From NCBI GenBank assembly GCA_041649175.1, contig JBAZNR010000001.1, forward strand, positions 783,497 to 847,496: 64,000 nucleotides of DNA, read 5' to 3'. The stretch is from Candidatus Omnitrophota bacterium. Its GTDB lineage: Bacteria; Omnitrophota; Gorgyraeia; Zapsychrales; JBAZNR01. Shown here piece by piece: positions 9,328 to 18,957 of the stretch (the stretch's first letter is position 1; the number at the start of each line of letters is the position of its first letter). Position numbers and translations under genes: made by a program. The notes under the pieces were generated by a model that saw only the letters and a program-made list of their open reading frames with translations, searched no databases and was not told where the DNA came from.

Positions 9328-9985
9328 TCCGTTCGACTATGTTATTGCGTTTTTCGCCGGGGTTGTGGTGAGTTTTTCGCCTTGCGTCTATCCGGTGATC
9401 CCGTTAACGGCGAGTTTTATCGGCGCGGCCAATACCAAAGGTACCAAACTTCAGGGTTTTTTGATTTCTCTAGTGTATGTCTTAGGCTTGGCGGTGACCT
9501 ATTGCACGCTGGGAGCGTTTGCGGCATTAACAGGAAAAGTATTTGGGCAGTTTCAAAATAGTCCGATCGTTGCCGGTATTATCGCGACCATTCTTTTATT
9601 ATTCGCCTTGATATTGCTGGATATTATCCCTTTGCCTTTATTGGGCGGCGGACTTCAGGGAAAGATCAAGGCCAAGAATTTATGGACGGTGTTCTTGCTT
9701 GGATTGGTCTCGGGATTTATCATCGGGCCTTGCACGGCGCCTATTTTGGGGGCAATTTTACTTTTTGTAGCCGGCAGGGAAAATATTTTTTATGGGATAA
9801 GCCTCTTATTTGTATTTTCCTATGGCGTTGGAACACTTTTGATTTTGATCGGAACTTTTAGCGGGCTGTTAAGCAGTTTACCGAAATCCGGAACGTGGCT
9901 TTTAATTGTGAAACGCGTTTGCGCAGCCATTTTATTAATCGCAGCAGGATATTTTATGATAAAAGCGGGGAGGCTAATTTCATGA
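9311..9985 (+). CDS. ccdA: cytochrome c-type biogenesis / thiol-disulfide transmembrane electron transfer protein CcdA (DsbD family)
   Basis: The CVYPVIPL and GPCTAPILG motifs in a 6-TM protein. Confidence 0.8.
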   Translation: MNLSGSPFDYVIAFFAGVVVSFSPCVYPVIPLTASFIGAANTKGTKLQGFLISLVYVLGLAVTYCTLGAFAALTGKVFGQFQNSPIVAGIIATILLLFALILLDIIPLPLLGGGLQGKIKAKNLWTVFLLGLVSGFIIGPCTAPILGAILLFVAGRENIFYGISLLFVFSYGVGTLLILIGTFSGLLSSLPKSGTWLLIVKRVCAAILLIAAGYFMIKAGRLIS

Positions 9986-10503
9986 AGGTTTTTGTACGTT
10001 TATTCATACTTGTGTCTTTTTTTATGTTGTTGACCTTTGCTCCATCGCAAGCCATGGGGCAGATTCCTATGTCATTTTTAAAATTCTTGCAAAATAAAAT
10101 TGTCGATAAGCCTGCTGTGGATTTCACTTTAGAAACTCTTTCCAGCGGGAAAGTGAATATGACGGCATTTCGTGAAGGAAAAAATTCCATTATCTTTTTC
10201 TGGGCGACATGGTGTCCGCATTGCCGCGAAGCGTTAGCGGAGCTAAGCGCACAAAAAGCAGAAATCGAACAAAAAGGTATTAAAGTTATTTTAGTGGATA
10301 TGGGTGAAGAAAAAGAAGTCGTGCAGGAGTATGCCGCTCGAAATAAAGTTAATTATGAGATCTTTCTTGATGTTGACTCTTCTCTTTCCGATTCTTATAG
10401 TATTGTCGGTGTTCCTACCTTTATTTTTGTCAACCAGGCCGGTATTGTCCGCGCTATTGAACACGGGCTTTCCGAAGGTTACGAAAATCTTTTTACGCAG
10501 TAA
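9982..10503 (+). CDS. periplasmic thioredoxin-like thiol:disulfide oxidoreductase (TlpA/ResA family)
   Basis: A signal peptide plus the WATWCPHCR active site. The start at 9982 overlaps the ccdA stop (ATGA). The track's 9895 start lacks a signal peptide. Confidence 0.8.
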   Translation: MKVFVRLFILVSFFMLLTFAPSQAMGQIPMSFLKFLQNKIVDKPAVDFTLETLSSGKVNMTAFREGKNSIIFFWATWCPHCREALAELSAQKAEIEQKGIKVILVDMGEEKEVVQEYAARNKVNYEIFLDVDSSLSDSYSIVGVPTFIFVNQAGIVRAIEHGLSEGYENLFTQ

Positions 10504-10515
10504 TTTTTGTGGATT

Positions 10516-10560
10516 AAAAAGGCGGCTATTTTGCTCTCGCGCAAAATAGCCGCCTTTTTT
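10516..10560. terminator. bidirectional rho-independent terminator between convergent genes
   Basis: Perfect hairpin aaaaggcggctattttgc / gcaaaatagccgcctttttt, flanked by A-run and T-run. Confidence 0.8.
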
Positions 10561-10600
10561 GAATATCCTTGCCACAATCTTTCCACCTAAGAAATACCGC

Positions 10601-12094
10601 TTAGAGCTGCTGCTCTCCCATTTCTTTTAAAGCCTTGATATTGTCCTGAAGATTCGCTTTGATGCGCAGCCGTTCGATGAATTCATCGACGGCAGAGTTC
10701 TTTTTTTGAGCCAGGACCGCTTTAGAAAAGTCTTCTTTTTCCTTTTTGAATTTTTCTTCATCAATGGGAACAAAGTTATCGACGGATATTATGCAGAATC
10801 CTTTGGAAATTTCAACTACAGGGCTGACCCTGTTTGTGCCGATCAAGGCGAAGGCCGCATCCTGGAATTCTTGCACAACGCCCAAGTTGTCTAAATATTG
10901 CCCCCGGGTAAACGGTTTTGTCTGACTGACCGAAAGATTAAGTGTCTTTGCGATCGCAGAGAATTTTTGTTCCGGATTTTGCTCGATCGTTTGATTGATA
11001 TTCTTCAAAGCTTCTTCGGCCTTGCTTCGTGAGATATCGCGCGCTTTTTCTAATCCTAAAGCTTCTTTAACCTTCTCTTCAACTTCCGCATATTCAGGAA
11101 TGTAAGAATCTTTTTTCTCCTTAAGGCGCACGAAGTAATATCCTTTTGCTGTTTCGACAGGGCCGCTAACCTCGTTATCTTCAAGGCTGAAGATCTTCTG
11201 CAATAGTTCAAACGGCCAGCCAAGCTTTAAAGGTGGTTGCTCGTGGCTAAAAAATCCGCTTTCTCCGGTTTCGACTTTATGTTTCTCGGCAATGGAAGGT
11301 AAATTAGGATCTCTTGTAAGATCTTCGGTTATAGCGGTAACTTTTGCCGCAATGTCATTTTTATCTTTTTCGGGTAATTCCGGTGCGACAGGTAAATAAA
11401 GATATTCAACATTAACGCTGGGCGGCATAAAGAAATCTTGCTTATTATCTTGGTAATATTTCAAAGCCTCTTCGGGGGTCAGGACGATTTGCTTCGCGTC
11501 GTCTTTCGGCGCAAAAAGAACGTAGCTTACCTGAATTTGTTCATTTTTGTTTTTATATTCTTTTAAAAGGTCTTCCTCGGAAACAGAGATGCCGGTGGTC
11601 ACGCTTTCGGAGAGTTTTTGCAATATTAACGATTGGCGGATGCCTTCTTCAAAATCTCTGGGTTTAGTACGGAAGTAATAGTTGACGATCTTTTCATAAA
11701 TGGCTGGATCAAAAGACCCATTGTTTTTAAAAAGGTTTAAATTCTGAACTGCCGCGACAACTTCCGTGTCAGAAACTTTAATGTTCTTTCGTCGAGCTTC
11801 TTCCAACATGATCAATCGATCCCAGGCCACAGATTCTAGGTCCAGAAGCTGGCTAACCTTATTAAAATTATCGCCGTAGGCCATGATGGCTTGGATGCGC
11901 GCTTGAAATAAGCTCTTTTGAAATTGATCGAAAGAAATTTTTCGTCCGAACATTTCGCCGGCGTAGGTGATATTGCCGTTACCGCGGTCGTAGTAATTTG
12001 CCGTTCCAAAGAAACCGAACGAAAGAATGATAATAACGGCAACGACCCATAAGATCTTTTTAGCAACGCCTTTTTTGCGTAATACTTTAAGCAT
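10601..12094 (-). CDS. periplasmic chaperone / peptidyl-prolyl isomerase PpiD-SurA family, N-terminally membrane anchored
   Basis: An N-terminal TM helix followed by SurA_N-like and parvulin-like regions, 497 aa. Confidence 0.6.
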   Translation of the reverse strand: MLKVLRKKGVAKKILWVVAVIIILSFGFFGTANYYDRGNGNITYAGEMFGRKISFDQFQKSLFQARIQAIMAYGDNFNKVSQLLDLESVAWDRLIMLEEARRKNIKVSDTEVVAAVQNLNLFKNNGSFDPAIYEKIVNYYFRTKPRDFEEGIRQSLILQKLSESVTTGISVSEEDLLKEYKNKNEQIQVSYVLFAPKDDAKQIVLTPEEALKYYQDNKQDFFMPPSVNVEYLYLPVAPELPEKDKNDIAAKVTAITEDLTRDPNLPSIAEKHKVETGESGFFSHEQPPLKLGWPFELLQKIFSLEDNEVSGPVETAKGYYFVRLKEKKDSYIPEYAEVEEKVKEALGLEKARDISRSKAEEALKNINQTIEQNPEQKFSAIAKTLNLSVSQTKPFTRGQYLDNLGVVQEFQDAAFALIGTNRVSPVVEISKGFCIISVDNFVPIDEEKFKKEKEDFSKAVLAQKKNSAVDEFIERLRIKANLQDNIKALKEMGEQQL

Positions 12095-12168
12095 ACTATC
12101 TCCTTAAAAATGACCCGGTTATAAATGAGGGAAACGAAACTTTTTGATTATAACCGTGAAGTTGCCCT

Positions 12169-12197
12169 TTGACAAGAAAATTTGCCCGTGTTAGACT
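12169..12197 (+). promoter_or_regulatory. sigma70-type promoter (TTGACA-17-TAGACT)
   Basis: A TTGACA hexamer, a 17-nt spacer and TAGACT, upstream of the deacetylase gene. Confidence 0.5.
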
Positions 12198-12249
12198 AAC
12201 CGCAATTTATAGAAAGAAAACGCATCATAAATCAAAAGGAACGCAAGTC

Positions 12250-13068
12250 GTGGTTAATGCTTTAGGAATTGAAATTACCGAATGGTACCATTTGAACGGT
12301 TTGGATCTTTCCGGTGAAATCAGCCGCGAATATGAAAGCCGGGTTGTTGCCAATACCTTAAACGTTCTTGAGCTATTAAGCGTTATGGAAACAAAGGCGA
12401 CATTTTTTGTTTTGGGCATTATTGCCGAGAAATTTCCTGACTTGGTGGTCCGCATCGAAGACGCCGGCCACGAGATCGCTAGCCATGGTTATCTTTTTAA
12501 AGAACTGCGCGCGCATACGATCGACTCTTTCCGGGAAGATCTAAAAAAATCGATCGCCATTTTGCAAGGCATCTCCAAGAAGCCGGTTGTTGGTTACCGC
12601 GCTCCCGGTTTTTCAATGAACAGCGATTGTCTTTGGGCGATGGACATCTTAAAACAAGAAGGTATTTCTTATGACAGCAGCATTGCTCCGGTTCGTCATC
12701 GGCTTTATGGAATTCCTTCCGCGCCGCGAATTCCATATCACATTCGGGAAGACCTAGTGGAATTTCCTCCTTCCACGGTCCGTATTTTATTCGATCATGT
12801 TCTTTTCTCCGGAGGCGCCGCTTTAAGGGACTTTCCGTATTCCTTAATAAAGCGAACAGTAGAAAACCTGAACGACCAAGGCATTGTTGTTAATTTCTTT
12901 TTAAGGGCTTGGGAGCTGAATCCCTTTTTCTCGAAAGCAAAGATCCCTCTTTCATTTCGTTCGGAATACCTAAACGGATTAGAAAAAACCAAAAAGCGCT
13001 TCGAACAAATTCTAACCGATTTTCAATGCGCGCCTCTTTCAAAGATCATTCAGGATAAGAAGCTTTGA
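12250..13068 (+). CDS. polysaccharide deacetylase family protein (CE4-like)
   Basis: The ALGIEITEWYH N-terminus resembles the xxDVEDWYH pattern of EPS-locus deacetylases. A GTG start at 12250 follows AAAGGA. The track's TTG at 12169 coincides with the -35 box. Confidence 0.55.
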   Translation: MVNALGIEITEWYHLNGLDLSGEISREYESRVVANTLNVLELLSVMETKATFFVLGIIAEKFPDLVVRIEDAGHEIASHGYLFKELRAHTIDSFREDLKKSIAILQGISKKPVVGYRAPGFSMNSDCLWAMDILKQEGISYDSSIAPVRHRLYGIPSAPRIPYHIREDLVEFPPSTVRILFDHVLFSGGAALRDFPYSLIKRTVENLNDQGIVVNFFLRAWELNPFFSKAKIPLSFRSEYLNGLEKTKKRFEQILTDFQCAPLSKIIQDKKL

Positions 13069-13106
13069 GGAAGATATTTTCTCTAAAGCCCTCTTTAGGA
13101 AATTTC

Positions 13107-13136
13107 TTTACAATATTTGCGCCTAAGGGGTATAAT
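13107..13136 (+). promoter_or_regulatory. sigma70-type promoter (TTTACA-18-TATAAT) for hisG
   Basis: The hexamers sit about 95 nt upstream of the hisG ATG. Confidence 0.45.
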
Positions 13137-13234
13137 GCACACCTGTGAAAAGAAGTTGATTTCCGGTGGTTTCTAGTGTATTTTTAATTGCTTTTGTAGT
13201 CCAACACTAACCGATAACAGAAGATAGGGAAGAA

Positions 13235-14110
13235 ATGAAAAAACTCAAGCTTGGTTTACCAAAGGGAAGTTTACAAGCCGCGACCATCAAGGTTTTTGAA
13301 CGGGCGGGCTTTAAGATCTATGTTTCCGAACGTTCCTATTTCCCGCACATTGATGATACCGAGATCGATCCGGTTTTATTGCGCGCGCAAGAAATGTCGC
13401 GTTATGTCGAAGACGGTGTCTTAGATTGCGGCATTACCGGCGAAGATTGGATCTTAGAAAACGGCTCCAAGGTAACTCGTTTAGCCGATCTCATTTATGC
13501 CAAGCAAAGTTCGGTCAAGGTGCGCTGGGTTTTGGCCGTTCCGGAAGATTCCTCCATCAAATCCGTTAAGGACCTGCAAGGTAAGAAAATAGCGACGGAA
13601 CTCGTCAATGTCACAAAGAATTATCTGACAAAAAACAAGGTTAGCGCTGATGTGGAATTTAGCTGGGGTGCGACAGAAGCGAAAGTCGCCTCCGGTTTAG
13701 TTGATGCCGTCGTGGAATTGACCGAAACAGGAAGCAGTTTACGTGCCAATAAGCTGCGCATTGTCACAACTTTGTGCGAATCCACAACGCAGTTTATTGC
13801 TAATTCAAAAGCCATTCAAGACCCCTGGAAGAAAAAGAAGATGGATCAGCTGATCCTGCTTTTAACAGGGGCGATCGCTGCCGATCATATGGTGGGCTTA
13901 AAGATGAATATTGAAGAAAAAAATCTTAAAAAGGTTTTAGCCCTATTGACATCGCTAAAAAATCCTACCATTTCTCATTTGAGCCAGAAAAATTGGCTGG
14001 CGGTTGAAACCGTTATTGATGAAGGAATAGTGCGCGGCCTTATTCTAAAGTTAAAGGAAGCCGGCGCTCAAGGGATCATCGAGTATCCTCTTAATAAGCT
14101 GATCTATTAA
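13235..14110 (+). CDS. hisG: ATP phosphoribosyltransferase, long form
   Basis: LGLPKGSLQ with the GEDW motif region, and the length indicates a C-terminal regulatory domain. Confidence 0.9.
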   Translation: MKKLKLGLPKGSLQAATIKVFERAGFKIYVSERSYFPHIDDTEIDPVLLRAQEMSRYVEDGVLDCGITGEDWILENGSKVTRLADLIYAKQSSVKVRWVLAVPEDSSIKSVKDLQGKKIATELVNVTKNYLTKNKVSADVEFSWGATEAKVASGLVDAVVELTETGSSLRANKLRIVTTLCESTTQFIANSKAIQDPWKKKKMDQLILLLTGAIAADHMVGLKMNIEEKNLKKVLALLTSLKNPTISHLSQKNWLAVETVIDEGIVRGLILKLKEAGAQGIIEYPLNKLIY

Positions 14111-14130
14111 CAAAAAAGGAGTTAAACCTC

Positions 14131-14229
14131 ATGCCTTGCGGAAGAAAAAGAAAGCTTCGTAAAATTCGTACGCATAAACGTAAGAAGCTTCGTAAAGCTC
14201 TTCGCCATTTGAAGAAGCGGGATCATTAA
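14131..14229 (+). CDS. 32-aa lysine/arginine-rich peptide, putative small ribosomal protein (bS22-like)
   Basis: An AAGGAG RBS 9 nt upstream. MPCGRKRKLRKIRTHKRKKLRKALRHLKKRDH resembles bS22-type peptides. Below the track cutoff. Confidence 0.4.
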   Translation: MPCGRKRKLRKIRTHKRKKLRKALRHLKKRDH

Positions 14230-14245
14230 TAAATAAGTAAAATTT

Positions 14246-15247
14246 ATGATGAAACCTTTTCGTCATCAATTGCTTATGGCGTTTGCCGTAAGCATGGTTG
14301 TCTTACTATTGCCTTTAGCTGTTGCTTTGGCACAAGCCAATGCGGATGTCCAATCTCGGGCTTTAAGTATCTCTCATTATATAAAAGGCCTGATGGAAGA
14401 TTGGGTGGGAACGGCGCAAGACGCGGTCGACCATTACAAGAAATCGGCCGAGTTTGACGGAGATAATTATTCCGTCCATTTAAGGCTCGGCGCTGATTAT
14501 GTCCGCCTGGAAAAATTCGACGATGCGATCAAAGAATTTCAGCTTGCCCTTAAGATCAAGCCGGATGATTTTCAATCCCGTTATTTTCTGGCATTTGTTT
14601 ATTCCGCGCGCCAAGAATTTGACAAGGCCGCGACCGAATATGAATTGATCTTAAAAAATCTCGCCAAGGCTGATCCTCAAAATGCGGAAGTCTTAACTTA
14701 TCTTGGGCAACTCTACTATTCCCAGAAGAAATATGACGAAGCGATCGCTCAATACGAAATGATCCTTGCCATGGAGCCTAAAGACGTGGAAACGATCTTT
14801 ATCTTAGGTTCTTTGAACATGGATAGAGGAAAGCGCGTGGAGGCGAAAGAACTTTTCTTAAAAGCCTTAACCATTGACCCCGAACACGCCAACACCTTAA
14901 ATTCTCTCGGCTATTTATATGCGGAAGAAGGGACCAATTTAGATGAGGCGTTGGGATTGATCAAAAAGGCCCTGGAGGCTGATTCGGATAATGGTGCCTA
15001 TTTGGATAGCTTGGGATGGGTTTATTTTAAGAAAGGGATGTATACGGAAGCTTTGGATTTCTTGAATAAAGCCGTTGTCCGCATCAAAGACCCGGTGGTT
15101 TACGAGCATTTAGGCGATGTTTATTTCCAGCTGAACGATAAGACAAAAGCCGAAGAGAATTGGAAACAGGCTTTGGCGCTTTCGCCGGAGCAGGTGAGCA
15201 TTACAAAAAAACTGAACGAGATCAAAGGCGAAACTACCAGTCAGTAA
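14246..15247 (+). CDS. tetratricopeptide (TPR) repeat protein with signal peptide
   Basis: Multiple 34-aa TPR repeats (LG..Y.....A). Confidence 0.7.
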   Translation: MMKPFRHQLLMAFAVSMVVLLLPLAVALAQANADVQSRALSISHYIKGLMEDWVGTAQDAVDHYKKSAEFDGDNYSVHLRLGADYVRLEKFDDAIKEFQLALKIKPDDFQSRYFLAFVYSARQEFDKAATEYELILKNLAKADPQNAEVLTYLGQLYYSQKKYDEAIAQYEMILAMEPKDVETIFILGSLNMDRGKRVEAKELFLKALTIDPEHANTLNSLGYLYAEEGTNLDEALGLIKKALEADSDNGAYLDSLGWVYFKKGMYTEALDFLNKAVVRIKDPVVYEHLGDVYFQLNDKTKAEENWKQALALSPEQVSITKKLNEIKGETTSQ

Positions 15248-15315
15248 TTTTAATAAGATTGTCGCGCGCAGGCTGTTTTTATGTTAATTTTAATTCTACT
15301 CATTTCCCGCCTTCC

Positions 15316-16185
15316 ATGAAAAAAATTTCCTTGAAATCTCCCGCCAAGTTAAATCTTTTGCTAAAGGTCGTCAATAAAAGACTCGACGGATATCACGATC
15401 TTTTAACGGTTTTTGAGCGCATTGATCTATGCGATGAGATTGTTTTTGCCGAAAATAAAAGCGGAGCTATCCGTTTGTTTTGCTCTCATCCTGATATTCC
15501 CAAAGATGAGAAGAATTTGATCATCCAAGTCGCGCAAATCCTTAAAAAAGACTTTTCTGTTCCAAGCGGAGTTAATATTACGCTGAAGAAGAAAATTCCG
15601 GTGGCTGCCGGCTTGGGCGGAGGTTCAAGTAATGCCGCGACAGCCTTGCTGGGGCTTAATAAGCTATGGAAGCTTTCCTTAAAGCCGAAAAAACTTTTAG
15701 AATACGCGAAGAAAGTTGGAAGTGATGTTGCCTTTTTCTTAGCGGAGCAAACTTGGGCTTTGGGAACCGAGCGCGGAGATAAGATAAAACCGCTGAAATT
15801 AAGGGCAAAATTGTGGCATATTTTGATTGTTCCAGAGCTTAAAGTGTATTCAGGGGAAGTATTTAAAGCGCTTCAGCCGCCTAAGATGAATATATTGACA
15901 AAGAAAGATGATGATGTTAATATTCTAACTCGCGCTTTACGGGATAATGACTTGCCTAGAATAGAAGGCCTACTCTCGAATGATTTGGAGACAGCGATCG
16001 TGCAACTCCATCCTAATTTAGTTCCAATGCGGGAAAAAATAAGAGAGTTAACGAAGTCGCGCATCATTTTTTCGGGAAGCGGTCCGGCCCTTTTTGGGTT
16101 GGCTCGTTCTCGTCGGGATGCGGAAAACTTTAAATTTATTCTAAGTAAGTATTTTAAGCGGGTTTTTGCCGTGCGTTCATTCTGA
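15316..16185 (+). CDS. ispE: 4-diphosphocytidyl-2-C-methyl-D-erythritol kinase
   Basis: KLNLLLKV and the GHMP-kinase motif PVAAGLGGGSSNAA. Start at the MKKISLK Met. Confidence 0.85.
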   Translation: MKKISLKSPAKLNLLLKVVNKRLDGYHDLLTVFERIDLCDEIVFAENKSGAIRLFCSHPDIPKDEKNLIIQVAQILKKDFSVPSGVNITLKKKIPVAAGLGGGSSNAATALLGLNKLWKLSLKPKKLLEYAKKVGSDVAFFLAEQTWALGTERGDKIKPLKLRAKLWHILIVPELKVYSGEVFKALQPPKMNILTKKDDDVNILTRALRDNDLPRIEGLLSNDLETAIVQLHPNLVPMREKIRELTKSRIIFSGSGPALFGLARSRRDAENFKFILSKYFKRVFAVRSF

Positions 16186-16203
16186 AAAAGAGGGGGCGGG
16201 CTT

Positions 16204-16629
16204 ATGGAGATCACGGAGATCAGGGTATTCTTAAAAGAAGGCCAGGATAAGAAACTCAAAGCCTACGCGACGGTCACCTTCGACAGTGTTTTTGTTGTGC
16301 GCAACATCAAGGTTATTCAGGGAGCCGCGAACCTTTTTATCGCGATGCCGTCGAGGAAAACGAAAAATCCGTGTCCCAAATGCGGTTTTAAAAATGAAGC
16401 CGGAAGCAGGTTTTGCAGTCATTGTGCGGCCTCATTACCTGCGCATGAAAAACCTCCGGTAAGCGCCGTTGATATCGATTCAAAATCTGAACATCGGGAT
16501 ATTGCTCATCCCGTGACGCAGCAATTTCGCGAATATTTGCAAAACAAGATATTAGAAGCTTATAAGAAAGAAATCGGCAAATCTGTCAGCAAGCCGGCAA
16601 CTTCGTCATCCGATATCGAAGACGAGTAA
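16204..16629 (+). CDS. spoVG: SpoVG family protein with a ~40-aa Cys4 zinc-ribbon insertion
   Basis: Canonical MEITEIRVF...ANLFIAMPSRKT and RDIAHP blocks. They are interrupted by CPKCGFKNEAGSRFCSHC. Confidence 0.8.
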   Translation: MEITEIRVFLKEGQDKKLKAYATVTFDSVFVVRNIKVIQGAANLFIAMPSRKTKNPCPKCGFKNEAGSRFCSHCAASLPAHEKPPVSAVDIDSKSEHRDIAHPVTQQFREYLQNKILEAYKKEIGKSVSKPATSSSDIEDE

Positions 16630-16637
16630 AGCACTGC

Positions 16638-16708
16638 TGCCCGGTGGTGTAATGGTAACACACGAGAATTTGGATCTCGTTTTCCAGGTTCGAGTCCTGG
16701 CTGGGCAA
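16638..16708 (+). tRNA. tRNA-Gln (anticodon UUG)
   Basis: Cloverleaf folded by hand. Acceptor TGCCCGG/CTGGGCA with the U1:A72 pair typical of bacterial tRNA-Gln, anticodon loop ATTTGGA, T-arm CCAGG-TTCGAGT-CCTGG, and no encoded CCA. Confidence 0.75.
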
Positions 16709-16725
16709 CTTTAGCGCTAAAATTT

Positions 16726-17985
16726 ATGAACGACTTGAAAGTTATAATCCTGGCCGCCGGAAAAGGTGTGCGGATGAATTCCGACACTCCCAAGGTCCTT
16801 CATAAAGTTTGCGGCAAAACGATCATTGAGCATGTTTTAGATTTAGCAGTTTCGGTAGGTTCTTTGAAAACGTATGTTGTGGTTGGTCATCAGGCAAGCC
16901 AAGTGAAGGATTTTTTAGGGAAAAACATCGCTGTTGTGGTCCAGAAAAAGCTTTTAGGAACGGCCGATGCCGTTAAGGCAGCGTCAAAAGGGTTAAAGAA
17001 TTTTAACGGCGATTGTTTGATCGTTTGCGGTGACACGCCGCTTCTTCGCAAAGAAACCGTGCTCAAACTCATTAAGCGCCATAAAGTTTCAAAGGCGGCC
17101 TGCACGGTTTTAACAGCGATCGTTAAGGACCCCAAAGGTTACGGCAGGATCGTTCGTGACGGGAATAATAATATCGTCGGGATACGCGAAGAAAAGGATG
17201 CCACGGTTTCCGAACAAAATATCAAAGAGATCAATGTCGGCACGTATTGTTTTAAGTCATCGGAATTGCTGAGTGGTTTATCGGCCATTAAGATGAACAC
17301 GAAGAAAAAAGAATTTTATTTAACGGACATCGTTGCTTTGTTAAGTCAAAAAAGTAAGCGAGTTGATTTTGTGACGACAGATGACGCGTCAGAGGGTTTT
17401 GGCATTAATGATCGTGAAGATCTAGCGGCAGCGCAGGATTGTTTGCGCCAAAGGATTTTAAAGGAATTCATGCGGCAAGGCGTTACCATCGTTGACCCCG
17501 CGACGACATTTATCGATCAGGATGTTAAGATCGGCCGCGATACAACGATCAAACCTTTTACCGTCATTGAAAGCCATGTGCGCATTGGCAAGAATTGCAT
17601 CATTGGGCCGTTTTGCCATCTTCGGCCGGATACAACGATCGCTGATCATACGGAAGTGGGGAATTTCACAGAAGTGTCCCGTTCTCGTATCGGAAAAGAT
17701 TGCTTTATGAAACATTTTAGCTTTTTAGGTGATGCGATGGTGGGAAATCGGGTGAATATTGGCGCCGGTGTTGTGACGGCCAATTTTGACGGAAAGAATA
17801 AAAATGCGACACATATTCACGACGACGCTTTTATCGGTTCAGATTCTATTTTAGTCGCTCCGGTTGTTATCGGAAAGAAAAGTGCTACGGGAGCGGGCTG
17901 TGTTTTAACCAAGGGAAAGAAAGTTCCCGCTGGCTATGTTGCCGCCGGAGTTCCGGCGAGAATAACATCGAAAAGAAAATTTTAA
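16726..17985 (+). CDS. glmU: bifunctional UDP-N-acetylglucosamine pyrophosphorylase / glucosamine-1-phosphate N-acetyltransferase
   Basis: The LAAGKGVRM nucleotidyltransferase motif plus C-terminal hexapeptide repeats. Confidence 0.85.
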   Translation: MNDLKVIILAAGKGVRMNSDTPKVLHKVCGKTIIEHVLDLAVSVGSLKTYVVVGHQASQVKDFLGKNIAVVVQKKLLGTADAVKAASKGLKNFNGDCLIVCGDTPLLRKETVLKLIKRHKVSKAACTVLTAIVKDPKGYGRIVRDGNNNIVGIREEKDATVSEQNIKEINVGTYCFKSSELLSGLSAIKMNTKKKEFYLTDIVALLSQKSKRVDFVTTDDASEGFGINDREDLAAAQDCLRQRILKEFMRQGVTIVDPATTFIDQDVKIGRDTTIKPFTVIESHVRIGKNCIIGPFCHLRPDTTIADHTEVGNFTEVSRSRIGKDCFMKHFSFLGDAMVGNRVNIGAGVVTANFDGKNKNATHIHDDAFIGSDSILVAPVVIGKKSATGAGCVLTKGKKVPAGYVAAGVPARITSKRKF

Positions 17986-17997
17986 CGGAGAGTCCTC

Positions 17998-18948
17998 ATG
18001 AACAATTTGGCTGTTTTTTCAGGAAATTCTAATCCGCAGTTAGCGCAAGAGATCTGTCATGAGCTTAGCATTCCCTTGACGGAGGTCTTTGTCTCGCGCT
18101 TTAGTGAAGGCGAAATTAGAGTCCAGATCAAAGAGAACATTCGCGGTAAAGACGTTTTCATCGTGCAGCCGACTTGTCCGCCAGTCAATGAAAGCTTGAT
18201 GGAGCTTTTGATCTTGATCGACGCTGCTAAACGCGCTTCGGCCCAAAGAATTACCGCTGTTTTGCCTTATTATGGTTATGCCCGGCAAGACAGAAAAGAT
18301 CAACCGCGCGTTCCGATCACGGCAAAACTCGTTGCCAATTTAATTGTTGCCGCCGGCGTTGACAGAGTTCTAACGATGGACTTGCACGCCAGCCAGATCC
18401 AAGGATTTTTTGATATTCCCGTCGATCATTTATATGCTATTAATACTTTGTGCGATTATTTTGCCAAAAAGAAATTGGATAATTTGATTGTTGTCTCTCC
18501 TGATGTCGGCGGAATTAAAATGGCGCGCGCCTATGCCAAATGGTTAGGTTGCGGGCTTGCCATCGTTGATAAACGCCGCGACAGCCCGGAAAAAGTGGAA
18601 GCCATGCACATTTTGGGAAAAGTAAAAGGCAAACGTGTTATTATCGTTGATGATATTATCGCAACCGCAAATTCTATGATCGAGGCCATTGAAACCTTGG
18701 ATAAAAAAGGCGTTATAGAAGTGTACGCGGCCGTAAGCCATGGTATTCTTTCCGGAAGCGCGCTTCCGCGTATTCATCAGTGCAAACCTTTAAAAGAAGT
18801 TGTGATCACTAATAGTATTCCGTTCAAGGAAGTAAAGAAGTATCCGAAGATCAAGGCGCTTTCGGTCGCACCGCTTTTGGCCGAAGCTATTAAACGTATT
18901 CACAGCGAGGAATCCGTTAGTTCATTATTCGACTCAATCAGAAAGTAG
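17998..18948 (+). CDS. prs: ribose-phosphate pyrophosphokinase
   Basis: A PRPP synthetase N-terminal domain and the PRTase motif VIIVDDIIAT. Confidence 0.9.
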   Translation: MNNLAVFSGNSNPQLAQEICHELSIPLTEVFVSRFSEGEIRVQIKENIRGKDVFIVQPTCPPVNESLMELLILIDAAKRASAQRITAVLPYYGYARQDRKDQPRVPITAKLVANLIVAAGVDRVLTMDLHASQIQGFFDIPVDHLYAINTLCDYFAKKKLDNLIVVSPDVGGIKMARAYAKWLGCGLAIVDKRRDSPEKVEAMHILGKVKGKRVIIVDDIIATANSMIEAIETLDKKGVIEVYAAVSHGILSGSALPRIHQCKPLKEVVITNSIPFKEVKKYPKIKALSVAPLLAEAIKRIHSEESVSSLFDSIRK

Positions 18949-18957
18949 GAAGGGGCT

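Noticed and set aside
9895-9981. Extended start for the TlpA-like gene (MAFNCETRL...).
   Set aside because: It lies inside ccdA. The Met at 9982 gives a proper signal peptide and ATGA coupling.
12169-12249. The track start (TTG at 12169, MTRKFAR...) for the deacetylase gene.
   Set aside because: That TTG is the TTGACA -35 hexamer of a promoter. The in-frame GTG at 12250, preceded by AAAGGA, is the more plausible start.
15160-15315. N-terminally extended IspE start (METGFGAF...).
   Set aside because: It overlaps the TPR gene end and has no RBS. The conserved IspE N-terminus begins at MKKISLK (15316).
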